DNA from: Candidatus Pelethomonas intestinigallinarum
GTDB lineage: Bacteria; Bacillota; Clostridia; Oscillospirales; Oscillospiraceae
Assembly (NCBI GenBank): GCA_018712665.1
Contig: DVGP01000262.1
Coordinates: 1 to 41,542 of the forward strand
DNA: 41,542 nt
Reading direction: 5' to 3'
Shown here: positions 1-9,108 of the stretch, piece by piece
Numbering within the stretch: the stretch's first letter is position 1
How the letters are laid out: each line of letters begins with the position of its first letter
Notes under the pieces: model-generated
Told to the model about the DNA's origin: nothing
Seen by the model: only the letters and a program-made list of their open reading frames with translations
The model's database searches: none
Translations under genes and position numbers: made by a program

Positions 1-416
1 CCGTTGGACATCTGCAGGCGGTAGAAGTCCTTCATGGCCTCGCTGCCGCTGCGCTGGCTGCGGACCAGCCGGTCCGGGTCCACGCCCTTCAGGTTCTCCG
101 GGTCCGTGGCGGAGATGGACAGATAGGCCGCCCCCTCCCGGGCGTAGCCGTTGAGCATATCCGCCTGCCACTGGGGGGTGGTGTCGAACACGTCCTCGGC
201 GGCGTTCAGGTACTTCTCCCGGGTCAGGGCGTCATCCCGCCAGTTCATGACGACCTCCCGGCAGCCGGCGGCGTAGGCCGCCTTGGCGCACAGCCGGGCG
301 AACCAGGCGCAGTCCACCGGACAGGCGATCATGAGATTCTGCCCCTTTTGGATGTTCACGCCCACCTCAACCAGCAGGCGGGCATATTCCTGAAATTTCT
401 GTTCCATATTTTCCAT
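1..416 (-). CDS. M29-family aminopeptidase (PepS/AmpS-like). Only the N-terminal part is present; the gene runs off the left edge.
   Basis: Absent from the ORF track because it is open at the window edge. Hand translation of the minus strand from the ATG at 416 gives MENMEQKFQEYARLLVEVGVNIQKGQNLMIACPVDCAWFARLCAKAAYAAGCREVVMNWRDDALTREKYL..., which I recognise as the N-terminus of aminopeptidase II/PepS-type enzymes. AAGGAGGA lies 5 nt upstream of the ATG. Confidence 0.7.
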   Translation of the reverse strand, partial: MENMEQKFQEYARLLVEVGVNIQKGQNLMIACPVDCAWFARLCAKAAYAAGCREVVMNWRDDALTREKYLNAAEDVFDTTPQWQADMLNGYAREGAAYLSISATDPENLKGVDPDRLVRSQRSGSEAMKDFYRLQMSN

Positions 417-463
417 TGGAATCCTCCTTTTCTGTCTCAGTATGTCCTGTGTCGGCGGATTTC

Positions 464-1858
464 TTACAGCTGAAGCTGCTGGAAGCCGCCGTCGTCCTTC
501 TCCTCCGGGGAGGACTGGCTCTGCACAGGCTTTTCCTGTTTTTTCTCCGTCTTGTCGTAGCCGAAGTCCTTGGCCACAGAGGCGGTGTCCCGGTGGAGCA
601 TGGTCTCCATGACCTTGATGTCGCTGACCACGTCCATGGCGTCGGCGGTGTAGAGCTGGTCCAGCTGGTGCTCGAAGCCCTCCACGATGCCGTCCATGGT
701 CTGCTCGATGCGCTCCTTGGCCTCCCGCAGGTGCTCCCCGTCCACGCCGGTCTCCTCGAACTCCGCATAGGCCTCCAGAAGCTTCTGGGTGGTGGGCAGG
801 TAGTAGTCGAAGAAGGTGCGGATCCGCTCCCGCTTCTCCGGATGCTCCTCCACCTCCTTGAAGATCATGGCGCTGACCTGCTCCAGGCGGTCGATCTTCC
901 GGCTGAGGGCCTCGTCGGCAATGCGGTCGTTGACCCGGCGGAAGTCCCGGAGGATACCGGAGTAACCCTCCTCCGCCTCCTTGGGGGGCGGCGGGGCGGC
1001 CTCCTCGGGTTCCTCCTCCTCCACCGTGGCGCCGAAGCGGAGGAAGTAGCCCCGCTCCCGGTCGATGTAGGCGTCCTCCCCCAGGTACCCCTTGTCAATG
1101 AGCTTCTGCAGCTCCCGGGCGGCCTTGGCGGGGCTGCGGTTCACCCGCTTGGCGATCTCATCCAGGGGCATGGCCTCCGCCTCGCCGATGGCGTTGGTGT
1201 AGCGGTTGGTCCGCCGGGCCATGCGGGCCAGGTACTGGCCCCGGCCCCACATGATGCCGCCGGCGGCGGCGAAGCCCAGGCCCATGAACAGGTCCTCCAG
1301 GTAGTAGGTCCAGCCCTGCAGGATCTCCGCCGCGGCGTCCACGCCGACCATAGCGCCCATGACCAGCAGGCACAGGCCGATGACCCGCAGGAGCTTGCCG
1401 GGGAGCTTCTCCGGCTCCTTCTTTTTCTTCTTCTTTTTCTTCGCGGCCTTCTTGGGCGCCGCCGCCTTCCGCTCGTCGGCGGCGAACTCCTTGGCCAGGT
1501 CCTCCGCCGCCCGCTCCACGTCGGCCACAGCCCGGTCCATGTCGGACTGGGCAGCGGCCATGGCGCGGTCCAGGCTCTCCTGGGCGGCGCTCTTTCGGCG
1601 GCTGGCGGTTGCCCGGTTCCCGGCCTCCCTGGCCTTGGCCAGGGCCCGGTCCACCGCGTCCTCCACCGCCGCCTCCATCCGCTCCTCGGCGGAGGGCTTG
1701 CGCTGGGAGGAGGGCGTGGTCCGCCGCTTCCCCTCGCCGAAGATGTTGACAAACAGCAGGATCAGGGCGACAGGCCAGATCCCCAGGGCGAAGAGGACGA
1801 TGATGATGGGCCAGCTGTACCAGCCCGAATTATTTGGTTTTTTCTGGGGCGCGCTCAT
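464..1858 (-). CDS. Membrane protein with a C-terminal XpaC-like (5-bromo-4-chloroindolyl phosphate hydrolysis protein family) domain
   Basis: 464-aa ORF. It has an N-terminal TM helix (WYSWPIIIVLFALGIWPVALILLFVNIF), a charged Ala/Lys/Glu-rich linker with a K8 run, a second hydrophobic block and a wHTH-like stretch (EIAKRVNRSPAKAARELQKLIDKGYL). The C-terminus (FFDYYLPTTQKLLEAYAEFEE...IEQTMDGIVEGFEHQLDQLY) is typical of XpaC-family proteins. There is a 4-nt ATGA overlap with the upstream DUF896 gene. Confidence 0.65.
   Translation of the reverse strand: MSAPQKKPNNSGWYSWPIIIVLFALGIWPVALILLFVNIFGEGKRRTTPSSQRKPSAEERMEAAVEDAVDRALAKAREAGNRATASRRKSAAQESLDRAMAAAQSDMDRAVADVERAAEDLAKEFAADERKAAAPKKAAKKKKKKKKEPEKLPGKLLRVIGLCLLVMGAMVGVDAAAEILQGWTYYLEDLFMGLGFAAAGGIMWGRGQYLARMARRTNRYTNAIGEAEAMPLDEIAKRVNRSPAKAARELQKLIDKGYLGEDAYIDRERGYFLRFGATVEEEEPEEAAPPPPKEAEEGYSGILRDFRRVNDRIADEALSRKIDRLEQVSAMIFKEVEEHPEKRERIRTFFDYYLPTTQKLLEAYAEFEETGVDGEHLREAKERIEQTMDGIVEGFEHQLDQLYTADAMDVVSDIKVMETMLHRDTASVAKDFGYDKTEKKQEKPVQSQSSPEEKDDGGFQQLQL
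1418..1441 (-). repeat. Eight consecutive Lys codons (AAG/AAA) inside the XpaC-like gene
   Basis: The plus strand reads cttctttttcttcttctttttctt. On the coding strand this is aag aaa aag aag aag aaa aag aag, encoding KKKKKKKK. Confidence 0.9.
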
Positions 1859-2067
1859 TCCTTCCCCTCTTTTCTCTTCAGCTTGGTCTTGTTCCCCTTG
1901 TGGTCCACCACATAGGTGTTGTCCAGGTGGCGGCGGAGGCTGCCCAGCACCGCGTCGGCGTACTCCCGGCGGAGGGCCTCCCGCTCGGCGCGCTCCTCCT
2001 CCGTCAGCCCCTCCGCCTTGTGCTTCCGGGCCAGCTCGTTGATCCGGTCTATCTTATGCTGCTCCAT
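1855..2067 (-). CDS. DUF896 (UPF0291/YnzC-like) small helical protein
   Basis: 70-aa ORF, MEQHKIDRINELARKHKAEGLTEEERAEREALRREYADAVLGSLRRHLDNT.... This matches the conserved RINELA.K.K..GLT..E..E...LR.EY pattern of the DUF896 family. Confidence 0.8.
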   Translation of the reverse strand: MEQHKIDRINELARKHKAEGLTEEERAEREALRREYADAVLGSLRRHLDNTYVVDHKGNKTKLKRKEGKE

Positions 2068-2100
2068 ATCCTGCGCTCCTTTGCTCCGCCTGCCGGCGGT

Positions 2101-2886
2101 CTATCCGTAGCGGTCCATCTCCAGGATGATTCGCCCTTTTTTTGATGTGCGGCCGCACTCCCGGACCACGGCCCTGCCGAAGCCCCGGGCGGTGACCACG
2201 GCCCCCTCCCCCACCGGCTTGTCCGGCTTGAGGCAGGGGGTGTGGTCCAGGGACACCCGCCCCGCGGCGATGAGCTCCCCGGCCCGCCCCCGGCTCATGG
2301 AGAAGGCGGCGGAGACCACCGCGTCCAGCCGCATGGAGGAGACGGTGTCCTGGACCCGGGTGACTTTCACCTCCGGGACCAGCAGCTCCTCCCTGCCGAT
2401 CTCCGTCACCGTCAGCCGGGTGCGCCCGGCGCTGTCCCACTCCCGCAGGAAGAACTCCCCCAGGGAGGGGGAGGCCACCACGTCGGCGCTGTGGGGGCTC
2501 ACCAGGATGTCCCCCACCCGCTCCCGGGTGATCCCCAGGCCCATGAGGCTGCCCAGGATATCCCGGTGGGTGAGGACGGCGTCCTTGTCCCGAAAGGCGG
2601 CCCGGAAGAAGGCCAGCTCCCCGGCGGCGTCCTCCGCCCAGTCGGGGAGGAAGGCCAGGAGCTTCCGCTCCGCCCCCTCATAGCCCCCGTCAAAGACATA
2701 GCCGGAGCGGACGCCCAGGGTGTTCAGCAGGGCCTGGGCCATGGCCTGCTCCCGGGGGCTCAAAAACACGGTGGCGGCGGGGATGCCCCGGCGCTCCGCT
2801 TTCTCGTACTGATCCAGGACCCGGGCCAGCAGCAGCCGGTCCGCGGGGTCCGACGCCACACGGGCGATGACAGCGGCCTTATCCAT
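2101..2886 (-). CDS. ylmH: YlmH-like RNA-binding protein with a C-terminal S4 domain
   Basis: 261-aa ORF. The N-terminus LLARVLDQYEKAERRGIPAATVFLSPREQ and the C-terminal S4-like MRLDAVVSAAFSMSRGRAGELIAAGRVSLDH are characteristic of YlmH-family proteins. Its start overlaps the stop of the upstream ABC gene by 8 nt. Confidence 0.75.
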   Translation of the reverse strand: MDKAAVIARVASDPADRLLLARVLDQYEKAERRGIPAATVFLSPREQAMAQALLNTLGVRSGYVFDGGYEGAERKLLAFLPDWAEDAAGELAFFRAAFRDKDAVLTHRDILGSLMGLGITRERVGDILVSPHSADVVASPSLGEFFLREWDSAGRTRLTVTEIGREELLVPEVKVTRVQDTVSSMRLDAVVSAAFSMSRGRAGELIAAGRVSLDHTPCLKPDKPVGEGAVVTARGFGRAVVRECGRTSKKGRIILEMDRYG

Positions 2887-4630
2887 GGAGGTTCTGGGTG
2901 TTGTAGAGCTGGGCGTAGTCCCCGCCCTTGGCCAGCAGCTCCTGGTGGGCGCCCTCCTCGGTGATGACCCCGTCCCGGATGACCAGGATGCGGCTGGCGT
3001 TGCGGACGGTGCTCAGCCGGTGGGCGATGATGAGGGTGGTGCGGCCCTTGGCCAGCTCGTCGAAGGCCCGCTGGATCTTGGCCTCGGTGACGCTGTCCAG
3101 GGCGGAGGTGGCCTCGTCCAGGATCAGAATGGGCGGGTTCTTCAGGAAGATCCGGGCGATGGAGATCCGCTGCTTCTGTCCGCCGGAGAGGAGGGCCCCC
3201 CGCTCGCCCACGTAGGTGTCGAAGCCCTGGGGCATGGCCATGATGTCGTCGTAGATCTCCGCCCGCCGGGCCGCCTCGATGACCTCGTCGGTGGTGGCCC
3301 CGGGCCGGCCGTAGCGGATGTTCTCCATGATGCTGGCGGCGAAGAGGAACACGTCCTGCTGCACCACGCCGATGTTCCGCCGCAGGCTCTTCTGGGTCAC
3401 GTCCCGGACGTCGTGGCCGTCGATGGTGATGCTGCCCTCCCCCACGTCGTAGAACCGGGGGATCAGGTTGCACAAGGTGGACTTGCCGCCGCCGGAGGGA
3501 CCCACGATGGCGATGGTCTCCCCGGGCTTGACGTGGAGGGACACGTGGTGGAGGACCTCGGTGTCGTCCCGCTCGTAGGCGAAGCTCACGTCGCTCACGT
3601 CGATCTGCCCCCGCACGTTCGTCAGCTCCAGGGCGTCGGGCTTGTCCTTCAGGTCCGGCTCGATGCGCATGAGCTCCACGAACCGCCGCAGGCCCGCGAA
3701 ACCGTTGACCAGCATCTCCGAGAGGTTGGAGAGCTTGCGGATGGGGTTGATGAAGGTGGAGGTGTAGAGGCTGAAGGTGATCAGGTCCACGTAGGTCATC
3801 TGCCCGTCCATGATGAGCAGGCCGCCCACGGCGATGACCGTCACGGGCATGATGCACAGGAAGAACTCCATGGAGGAGTTGAAGCGGGCCATGGCCCGGT
3901 AGTAGTCCCGCTTGGAGGTCTTGAACCGCTCGTTGGCCCCCTGGAACTTCTCGCTCTCCGCCCCCTCGTTGGAGAAGGCCTTGGCGGTACGCATGCCGGA
4001 GATCGTGGACTCGATGTCCGCGTTGATGCCGGCGGTGGTCTGCTTCACCCGCTTGGAGGTCTCCGCCATGCTCCGGCGGTTGAGGAACACCACCACCATG
4101 AACAGGGGGATCAGGATCAGCAGCACCAGGGCCAGGCGCCACTGGATGGTGAACATGATGGCGATGGCGCCCACCACCGTCACCCCGGAGATGAACACGT
4201 CCTCCGGGCCGTGGTGGGCCAGCTCCGTGATGTCGAAGAGCTCCGCCGTCATCCGGCTCATCAGGTGGCCGGTGCGGTTTTTGTCGTAAAAGCCGAAGGA
4301 CAGGGTCTGGAGGTGGCTGAACAGGTCCCGGCGGATATCCGCCTCCACCAGCACGCCGAAGGTGTGGCCCCAGTAGGTGACGATGTACTGCATGACCGAG
4401 CGGATCAGATAGGCCGCCAGGAGAATCAGGATCACCGCCACAAAGGCTTGGAAGCGCCCCTCGGGGATCAGCTCATACATGCACATTCTGGACAGATAGG
4501 GGAAGCCCAGGTCCACCAGGGAGATCACCAGGGCGCAGACCATGTCCAGAAGAAACAGCCCCATGTGGGGCCGGAAATAGCTGAGAAAAATGCCCATAAG
4601 GCTCTGCTTATGGAAGTTCCGCTTGGTCAT
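2879..4630 (-). CDS. ABC transporter, fused permease/ATP-binding protein (type I exporter, MsbA/LmrA-like)
   Basis: 583-aa ORF with six N-terminal TM segments. It carries Walker A GPSGGGKST, signature LSGGQKQR, Walker B ILILDEATSALD and an H-loop IIAHRL. Confidence 0.9.
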   Translation of the reverse strand: MTKRNFHKQSLMGIFLSYFRPHMGLFLLDMVCALVISLVDLGFPYLSRMCMYELIPEGRFQAFVAVILILLAAYLIRSVMQYIVTYWGHTFGVLVEADIRRDLFSHLQTLSFGFYDKNRTGHLMSRMTAELFDITELAHHGPEDVFISGVTVVGAIAIMFTIQWRLALVLLILIPLFMVVVFLNRRSMAETSKRVKQTTAGINADIESTISGMRTAKAFSNEGAESEKFQGANERFKTSKRDYYRAMARFNSSMEFFLCIMPVTVIAVGGLLIMDGQMTYVDLITFSLYTSTFINPIRKLSNLSEMLVNGFAGLRRFVELMRIEPDLKDKPDALELTNVRGQIDVSDVSFAYERDDTEVLHHVSLHVKPGETIAIVGPSGGGKSTLCNLIPRFYDVGEGSITIDGHDVRDVTQKSLRRNIGVVQQDVFLFAASIMENIRYGRPGATTDEVIEAARRAEIYDDIMAMPQGFDTYVGERGALLSGGQKQRISIARIFLKNPPILILDEATSALDSVTEAKIQRAFDELAKGRTTLIIAHRLSTVRNASRILVIRDGVITEEGAHQELLAKGGDYAQLYNTQNLHG

Positions 4631-4768
4631 TTGCTGTCTCCTTGCTCACTAAAATTCACAGTGAGATATTGTAGCATATCCCGCGGCCCGTTGCAACACC
4701 GGCGGAGGCCGCCGGGCTGGATTTCCGATCCGGACCGGCGGAAAATGGATCGCCGCCGCGCCAGGGCG

Positions 4769-5023
4769 TCAGTCCGGGGAGAGTCCCTTCAGGGACCGGA
4801 TGCAGCCGGAGCAGACATTTTTCCCCCGAAACACGGACACATCCTTGGCGGAGTCGCAGAAGATGCAGGTGGGAGCGTACTTCTTCAGGACCACAGCGTT
4901 GCCGTCCACAAAGATCTCCATCTGGTCCTTCACGCTGATGTCCAGCGTTCGGCGCAGCTCCGCGGGCAGGACGATCCGCCCCAGTTCATCCACTCGCCTG
5001 ACAATACCGGTAGATTTCATCAC
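4769..5023 (-). CDS. abrB: AbrB-family transition-state regulator (SpoVT/AbrB domain) with the clostridial C-terminal Cys4 tail
   Basis: 84-aa ORF, MMKSTGIVRRVDELGRIVLPAELRRTLDISVKDQMEIFVDGNAVVLKKY, followed by CIFC...CSGC. This is near-canonical AbrB N-terminal sequence. Confidence 0.9.
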   Translation of the reverse strand: MMKSTGIVRRVDELGRIVLPAELRRTLDISVKDQMEIFVDGNAVVLKKYAPTCIFCDSAKDVSVFRGKNVCSGCIRSLKGLSPD

Positions 5024-5215
5024 ACGAACCCCCTAAAATCAACTGGGCATATGCTGACAAGCTGATAAAGTTTATATTTTATCATATCACGAATCCAGGT
5101 GGCGCTTCAACAAAAAACGGGGAAATTCGCGCTGTTTTTCTGGTATGCGGTCCGCTGTTTGCCGCTATACATGTAGGGACGGCCTTTATCAAATCAGCGG
5201 AGGAGCGTGAAACGT

Positions 5216-5794
5216 ATGGCGATGGCCTGGGTGTGGACGGGGATGGTGGCGGTTTCGGTGGTCTACGGCTGGTTCAACGGCACCATCGCGGCGGTGGGGG
5301 ACGCCGCCCTGGAGGGAGCCGGCGCGGCGGTGGAGCTGTGCCTGACCATGGCGGGGATCCTGTGCCTTTGGAGCGGTACTATGGCGGTGATGGACGCCTG
5401 CGGCCTCACCGACGGTCTCAGCCGCCTGTTCCGGCCTGTTCTCAGCCGCCTGCTGCCAAAGGCCTGCCGGGACCCGGAGACCCTGGCGGCTCTCTCGGGG
5501 AACGTCAGCTGCAACCTGCTGGGCCTGGGCAACGCCGCCACGCCCCTGGGCATCCAGGCCGCCCGGCGGATGGCGTCCGGCTGCGGAGGCCGGGCCAGCG
5601 ACGAGCTGTGTATGCTGGTGGTGCTCAACACCGCCTCCATCCAGCTCCTGCCCACCACCGTGGCGGGGGTCCGCTCCGCCCTGGGGGCGGAGAGCGCCTT
5701 CGACATCCTGCCGGCGGTGTGGCTGGCCTCCGCCCTGTCGGTGACGGCGGGGCTCCTGGCGGCGAAAATTTTCTCCCGCCTCTGGCGGAAGTGA
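5216..5794 (+). CDS. spmA: Spore maturation protein A (nucleoside-recognition/Gate domain membrane protein)
   Basis: ORF 5207..5794. I prefer the ATG at 5216 (MAMAWVWTGMV...) because GCGGAGGAG ends about 10 nt upstream of it. The conserved GNVSCNLLGLGNAATPLGI motif is present. Confidence 0.8.
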   Translation: MAMAWVWTGMVAVSVVYGWFNGTIAAVGDAALEGAGAAVELCLTMAGILCLWSGTMAVMDACGLTDGLSRLFRPVLSRLLPKACRDPETLAALSGNVSCNLLGLGNAATPLGIQAARRMASGCGGRASDELCMLVVLNTASIQLLPTTVAGVRSALGAESAFDILPAVWLASALSVTAGLLAAKIFSRLWRK

Positions 5795-5806
5795 GGGGGC
5801 GGGAAA

Positions 5807-6328
5807 ATGGACTACTCCGCCTATGTGGTTCCCCTGCTGCTGGCCTTCGTGGCCCTCTTTGCCCTGGCCAAGCGGGTCAACGTCTACGAAGCCCTGACCC
5901 GGGGGGCCTCCCAGGGCCTCAGCATCCTGGGCTCCATCCTCCCCTCTTTGGTGGGGCTGATGACCGCGGTGTATATGCTTCGGGCCTCCGGGGCCATGGA
6001 GGCCCTGGGCCAGCTCCTGGCCCCCGTGCTCATCCGCCTGGGCATCCCTCCGGAGACCGCCAGCCTTCTGCTCATCCGCCCTGTCAGCGGCAGCGGGGCC
6101 CTGGCCGTGGGCAGCGAACTCATGTCCGCATTTGGCCCCGATTCCTACATCGGCCGGGTGGCGGCGGTGATGCTGGGCAGCAGCGAGACCACCTTCTACG
6201 CCGTGGCCGTGTACTTCGGCGCCGCCGGGATCCACCGCACCCGCTACGCCATCCCCGCCGCCCTTATCGCGGACCTGGCTGGCTTTGCCGCCTCCGCCTT
6301 CGCCGTGCGGCTGTTCTTCGGGGGATAA
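5807..6328 (+). CDS. spmB: Spore maturation protein B
   Basis: 173-aa hydrophobic ORF lying 12 nt after spmA. It contains YEALTRGASQGL...LIRPVSGSGALAV...SETTFY motifs typical of SpmB. Confidence 0.8.
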   Translation: MDYSAYVVPLLLAFVALFALAKRVNVYEALTRGASQGLSILGSILPSLVGLMTAVYMLRASGAMEALGQLLAPVLIRLGIPPETASLLLIRPVSGSGALAVGSELMSAFGPDSYIGRVAAVMLGSSETTFYAVAVYFGAAGIHRTRYAIPAALIADLAGFAASAFAVRLFFGG

Positions 6329-6334
6329 CGTCAA

Positions 6335-6371
6335 GAGGCCGGAGCGTTCCGCTCCGGCCTCCCATTTTTTG
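6335..6371 (+). terminator. Rho-independent terminator after spmB; the hairpin is shared with the convergent nucleotidyltransferase gene
   Basis: GAGGCCGGAGCG-ttc-CGCTCCGGCCTC (12-bp perfect stem) followed by CCATTTTTTG. Confidence 0.8.
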
Positions 6372-6374
6372 TTC

Positions 6375-7301
6375 TCAAACGCCCCAGAGGTTTTCCGGGT
6401 ACAGCCCCCGGGCGGTCATGTCCGCCAGGGCCGCCACCACCCCGGGCTTATCCTCCCGGTAGGTGACGCCGTACCACTTGTCCTCGCTGGGGAGGACCTG
6501 AACCTGGGCCTTTCCCTCCCCGATGAGCCGGCTGACCAGCAGCGGCAGGTAGAACTCCCCCTTCTCCGGGTTCTCCGCCAAAATCCGGTCCAGAAACTCC
6601 GGGAACCGGGCCTCGCCCTCGTCCACGAAGCTCCGCTGAAACCCCCAGAAGTTCATAGACACCGGGGTGCTCCCCGGCAGGGGGACCCAGGTCTCGCCGC
6701 CGTCCAGGGTGGAGCGGGCGTCGGAGCCGTCCTTCTCGATGCGGGTGTGCTCCACCACCTCCCGCAGCAGTCCGTCCTCCCCTACCCGGCACACGCCCCG
6801 GGCCACGCTGCCGTTGTCGGTGACGGTGTTGCCCAGCAGGTAGCTGACCATGGCGTACCGCTGGGGGACGGCGGCCTCATCCTGGGTGGAGAGGAAGTCG
6901 TAGATGAGCCGGAAGGCCTCCGGCCCGTAGTAGTCGTCGGAGTTAATGACGGCGAAGGGGCCGCGGATCAGATCCCGGGCCGCCAGCACCGCGTGGGTGG
7001 TGCCCCAGGGCTTCTTCCGCCCGGCGGGCACGGCGTACCCCGCCGGCAGATCGTCCAGCTCCTGGAAGGCGTACTCCACCTGGATGCCCCGGGCGATCCG
7101 GTCCCCCACCAGACGGCGGAAGTCCTCCTCCAGCGCCCGCTTGATGACGAAAATCACCTTCTCAAAGCCCGCCCGGCGGGCGTCGTAGATCGAGTAGTCG
7201 ATGATGCTCTGGCCGTGTCCAGCCACGCTGTCCATCTGCTTGAGTCCCCCGTAGCGGCTGCCCATCCCCGCGGCCAGCACCACCAATACCGGTTTGTTCA
7301 T
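6375..7301 (-). CDS. Sugar-phosphate nucleotidyltransferase family protein
   Basis: ORF 6375..7361. The start is placed at MNKPVLVVLAAGMGSRYGGLKQ (the G-rich NTP-transferase signature LAAGxGxR), with GGAGGAG upstream. The rest aligns in my memory with NTP_transferase-fold proteins of unknown sugar specificity. Confidence 0.75.
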   Translation of the reverse strand: MNKPVLVVLAAGMGSRYGGLKQMDSVAGHGQSIIDYSIYDARRAGFEKVIFVIKRALEEDFRRLVGDRIARGIQVEYAFQELDDLPAGYAVPAGRKKPWGTTHAVLAARDLIRGPFAVINSDDYYGPEAFRLIYDFLSTQDEAAVPQRYAMVSYLLGNTVTDNGSVARGVCRVGEDGLLREVVEHTRIEKDGSDARSTLDGGETWVPLPGSTPVSMNFWGFQRSFVDEGEARFPEFLDRILAENPEKGEFYLPLLVSRLIGEGKAQVQVLPSEDKWYGVTYREDKPGVVAALADMTARGLYPENLWGV

Positions 7302-7398
7302 TGTCTCGCTCCTCCATCTTTTGTTCCGGCCGTTCCCGGCCGGTCTCCTCGGGGACAGCATACCACAACCGGCGGGGAATGTAAACGGGCAAACGGAG

Positions 7399-9108
7399 CT
7401 ACAGCTCCCGCATCAGGTGGAAGGACTGCATGAGCTGCACCGTGCCGTAGCCCCACTGCTCGTTGGGGTAGCTGAGGGCCGGGGTCCGCAGGGCCCCCCG
7501 GATTAGATAGGCCCGGATCTGGTAGGTGCTCATGGAGGGGTCGTTGCCCTCCACCACCCCCCACTGGAGCATCAGGGCGCAGACCCCCGCGAGCACCGCC
7601 GCCGCCGCGCTGGTGCCGGTGAGGGTGCCGTAGCCGTAGGGCCAGTATCCCCCCACCGCCACCCCCGGCGCCGTCAGGTCCGGCAGCTGGACCCCGGAGC
7701 GGGCCGGGCCCCAGGAGGAGGCGGGCCAGATGCTGCCGTTGGCGCTGTTGTAGGCCCCGCAGCAGATGACCCCCACGGCGGTGGAGGGGACGGTGACGGT
7801 GTAGCTGGGGGAGGCGGTGAGGAACTCCACCGTGGGGGAGACGAACCCCGCCATGGGCAGCCAGGCGTGGTAGCTGCCGTCCAGGATGATGTCCCCGTGG
7901 AGGGTGACAGTCCAGATCCCCGGAGTGGCCCCCAGGATGCGGACCACCGTGAGCTGGCTGCCGCTGCCCTCCACCGGGAAGAGGTACTCGATCTGGATCC
8001 TGGTGTTTTCCAGGATCAGCTTCACCTCCGTGGTCACCCCGGGCCGGGCGGGCACCCTCCCCACCAGCTCCCCGGTGGGGGAGCGGACGGAGAGGGAGAG
8101 CCGGTCCGCCACAGTGTTCCATACGGACAGCCAGACATCCCCGGCCTGCTCCCCCACCCGGATGTCCAGGTCCCGGGTCTCCCCCGCCTCGGCGATGCGG
8201 CCCATGGCATGGTGGTTCTCCTGAGCCTCGTTCCCCGCCGCCGCGCACAGGCACACCCCCCGCTGGATGGAGGCGCCGCCCAGGTACTCCTCAAAGACGC
8301 TGAAGCCGTCGTGGCCGCCGAAGTTGGTCCCCAGCCCCAGGCAGATCACCACCGGCCGATCCAGTTCCCGGGCCTTTTTCAGAATGTACTCCACCCCCAC
8401 CATCACGTCGCTGGAGGAGTAGGCCTCCGACTGCTCCGGCGGGACGCAGTACTTCTCCCGGTAGAAGGGCTTGGCATTGCGCAGCTTCACGGCGATGATC
8501 TCCCCGTCGGGGGCCGCGCCGATGAAGTCGTCGATGCTCCGCCCGGCGGCCACCGAGGCCAGGAAGGTGCCGTGGCCCGCCTGGTCCCGCTGGGGCACCA
8601 CCTGGTAGGGAGCCCCGGAGGCCAGGGCGGCGGCGATGTCCGCGCCGGTGTACTCCCTGCCGTAGACGAAGCCCTGGGGCGGCTCCCCCTCCTCCGCCGT
8701 CTGGTCGAAGAGATAGCGGATCTTGCTGGAGCCGTCCTCATAGCGGAACACCGGCTGGGTGTAGTCGATACCGGTGTCCACGAAACCCAGGAGCACCCCC
8801 CGCCCCTTCAGGTTCAGGTAGGGCTGGTTCTGGACCTGGATGACCCCCGCCGCCTCCAGGGCAGGCCGGTCCAGAAGGCCCAGGACCACGGCGGCGGAGC
8901 TGATGAAGCCGGGGCCCATGGCGTCCATCAGCTTGGGGAAGTTCTCCCGCTTCACATAGCAGAGCACATACCTGCCGGAGAGGACCTGGGCCACCACCAC
9001 CTCCCCGCTGGTCCTGACGTAGTCGAAGAAGGCGTCGCTGGCCCGGGTGACGAAGTCCACCGCGTCCGGGGACTGGATGAATTCCCGCAGCTCTGGGGAG
9101 ACCGCCAT
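7399..9108 (-). CDS. Csp-family germination-specific subtilisin-like (S8) protease, second paralogue (CspA/CspC-like)
   Basis: ORF 7399..9723. The real start is MAVSPELREFIQ at 9108, overlapping the upstream stop by 1 nt (TGATG). S8 motifs present: GFVDTGIDY (Asp), DQAGHGTFLASVAAG (His), CAAAGNE (oxyanion Asn) and LTGTSAAAAVLAG (Ser). Confidence 0.85.
   Translation of the reverse strand: MAVSPELREFIQSPDAVDFVTRASDAFFDYVRTSGEVVVAQVLSGRYVLCYVKRENFPKLMDAMGPGFISSAAVVLGLLDRPALEAAGVIQVQNQPYLNLKGRGVLLGFVDTGIDYTQPVFRYEDGSSKIRYLFDQTAEEGEPPQGFVYGREYTGADIAAALASGAPYQVVPQRDQAGHGTFLASVAAGRSIDDFIGAAPDGEIIAVKLRNAKPFYREKYCVPPEQSEAYSSSDVMVGVEYILKKARELDRPVVICLGLGTNFGGHDGFSVFEEYLGGASIQRGVCLCAAAGNEAQENHHAMGRIAEAGETRDLDIRVGEQAGDVWLSVWNTVADRLSLSVRSPTGELVGRVPARPGVTTEVKLILENTRIQIEYLFPVEGSGSQLTVVRILGATPGIWTVTLHGDIILDGSYHAWLPMAGFVSPTVEFLTASPSYTVTVPSTAVGVICCGAYNSANGSIWPASSWGPARSGVQLPDLTAPGVAVGGYWPYGYGTLTGTSAAAAVLAGVCALMLQWGVVEGNDPSMSTYQIRAYLIRGALRTPALSYPNEQWGYGTVQLMQSFHLMREL

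Noticed and set aside
416-1915. 499-aa plus-strand ORF, and the overlapping ORFs 367..768, 865..1098, 1141..1752 and 1359..2042
   Set aside because: They lie antisense to, or out of frame with, the well-supported XpaC-like gene. Their translations are low-complexity G/L/V/H/P/R-rich strings typical of shadow ORFs in GC-rich DNA, and they have no motifs or RBS.
2867-5065. 732-aa plus-strand ORF spanning the ABC transporter and abrB regions (with 2760..4142 on the minus strand in another frame)
   Set aside because: It is antisense to an ABC exporter with complete Walker/signature motifs and crosses an intergenic region. Its composition (G, D, H, V, P rich) is that of a GC shadow frame.
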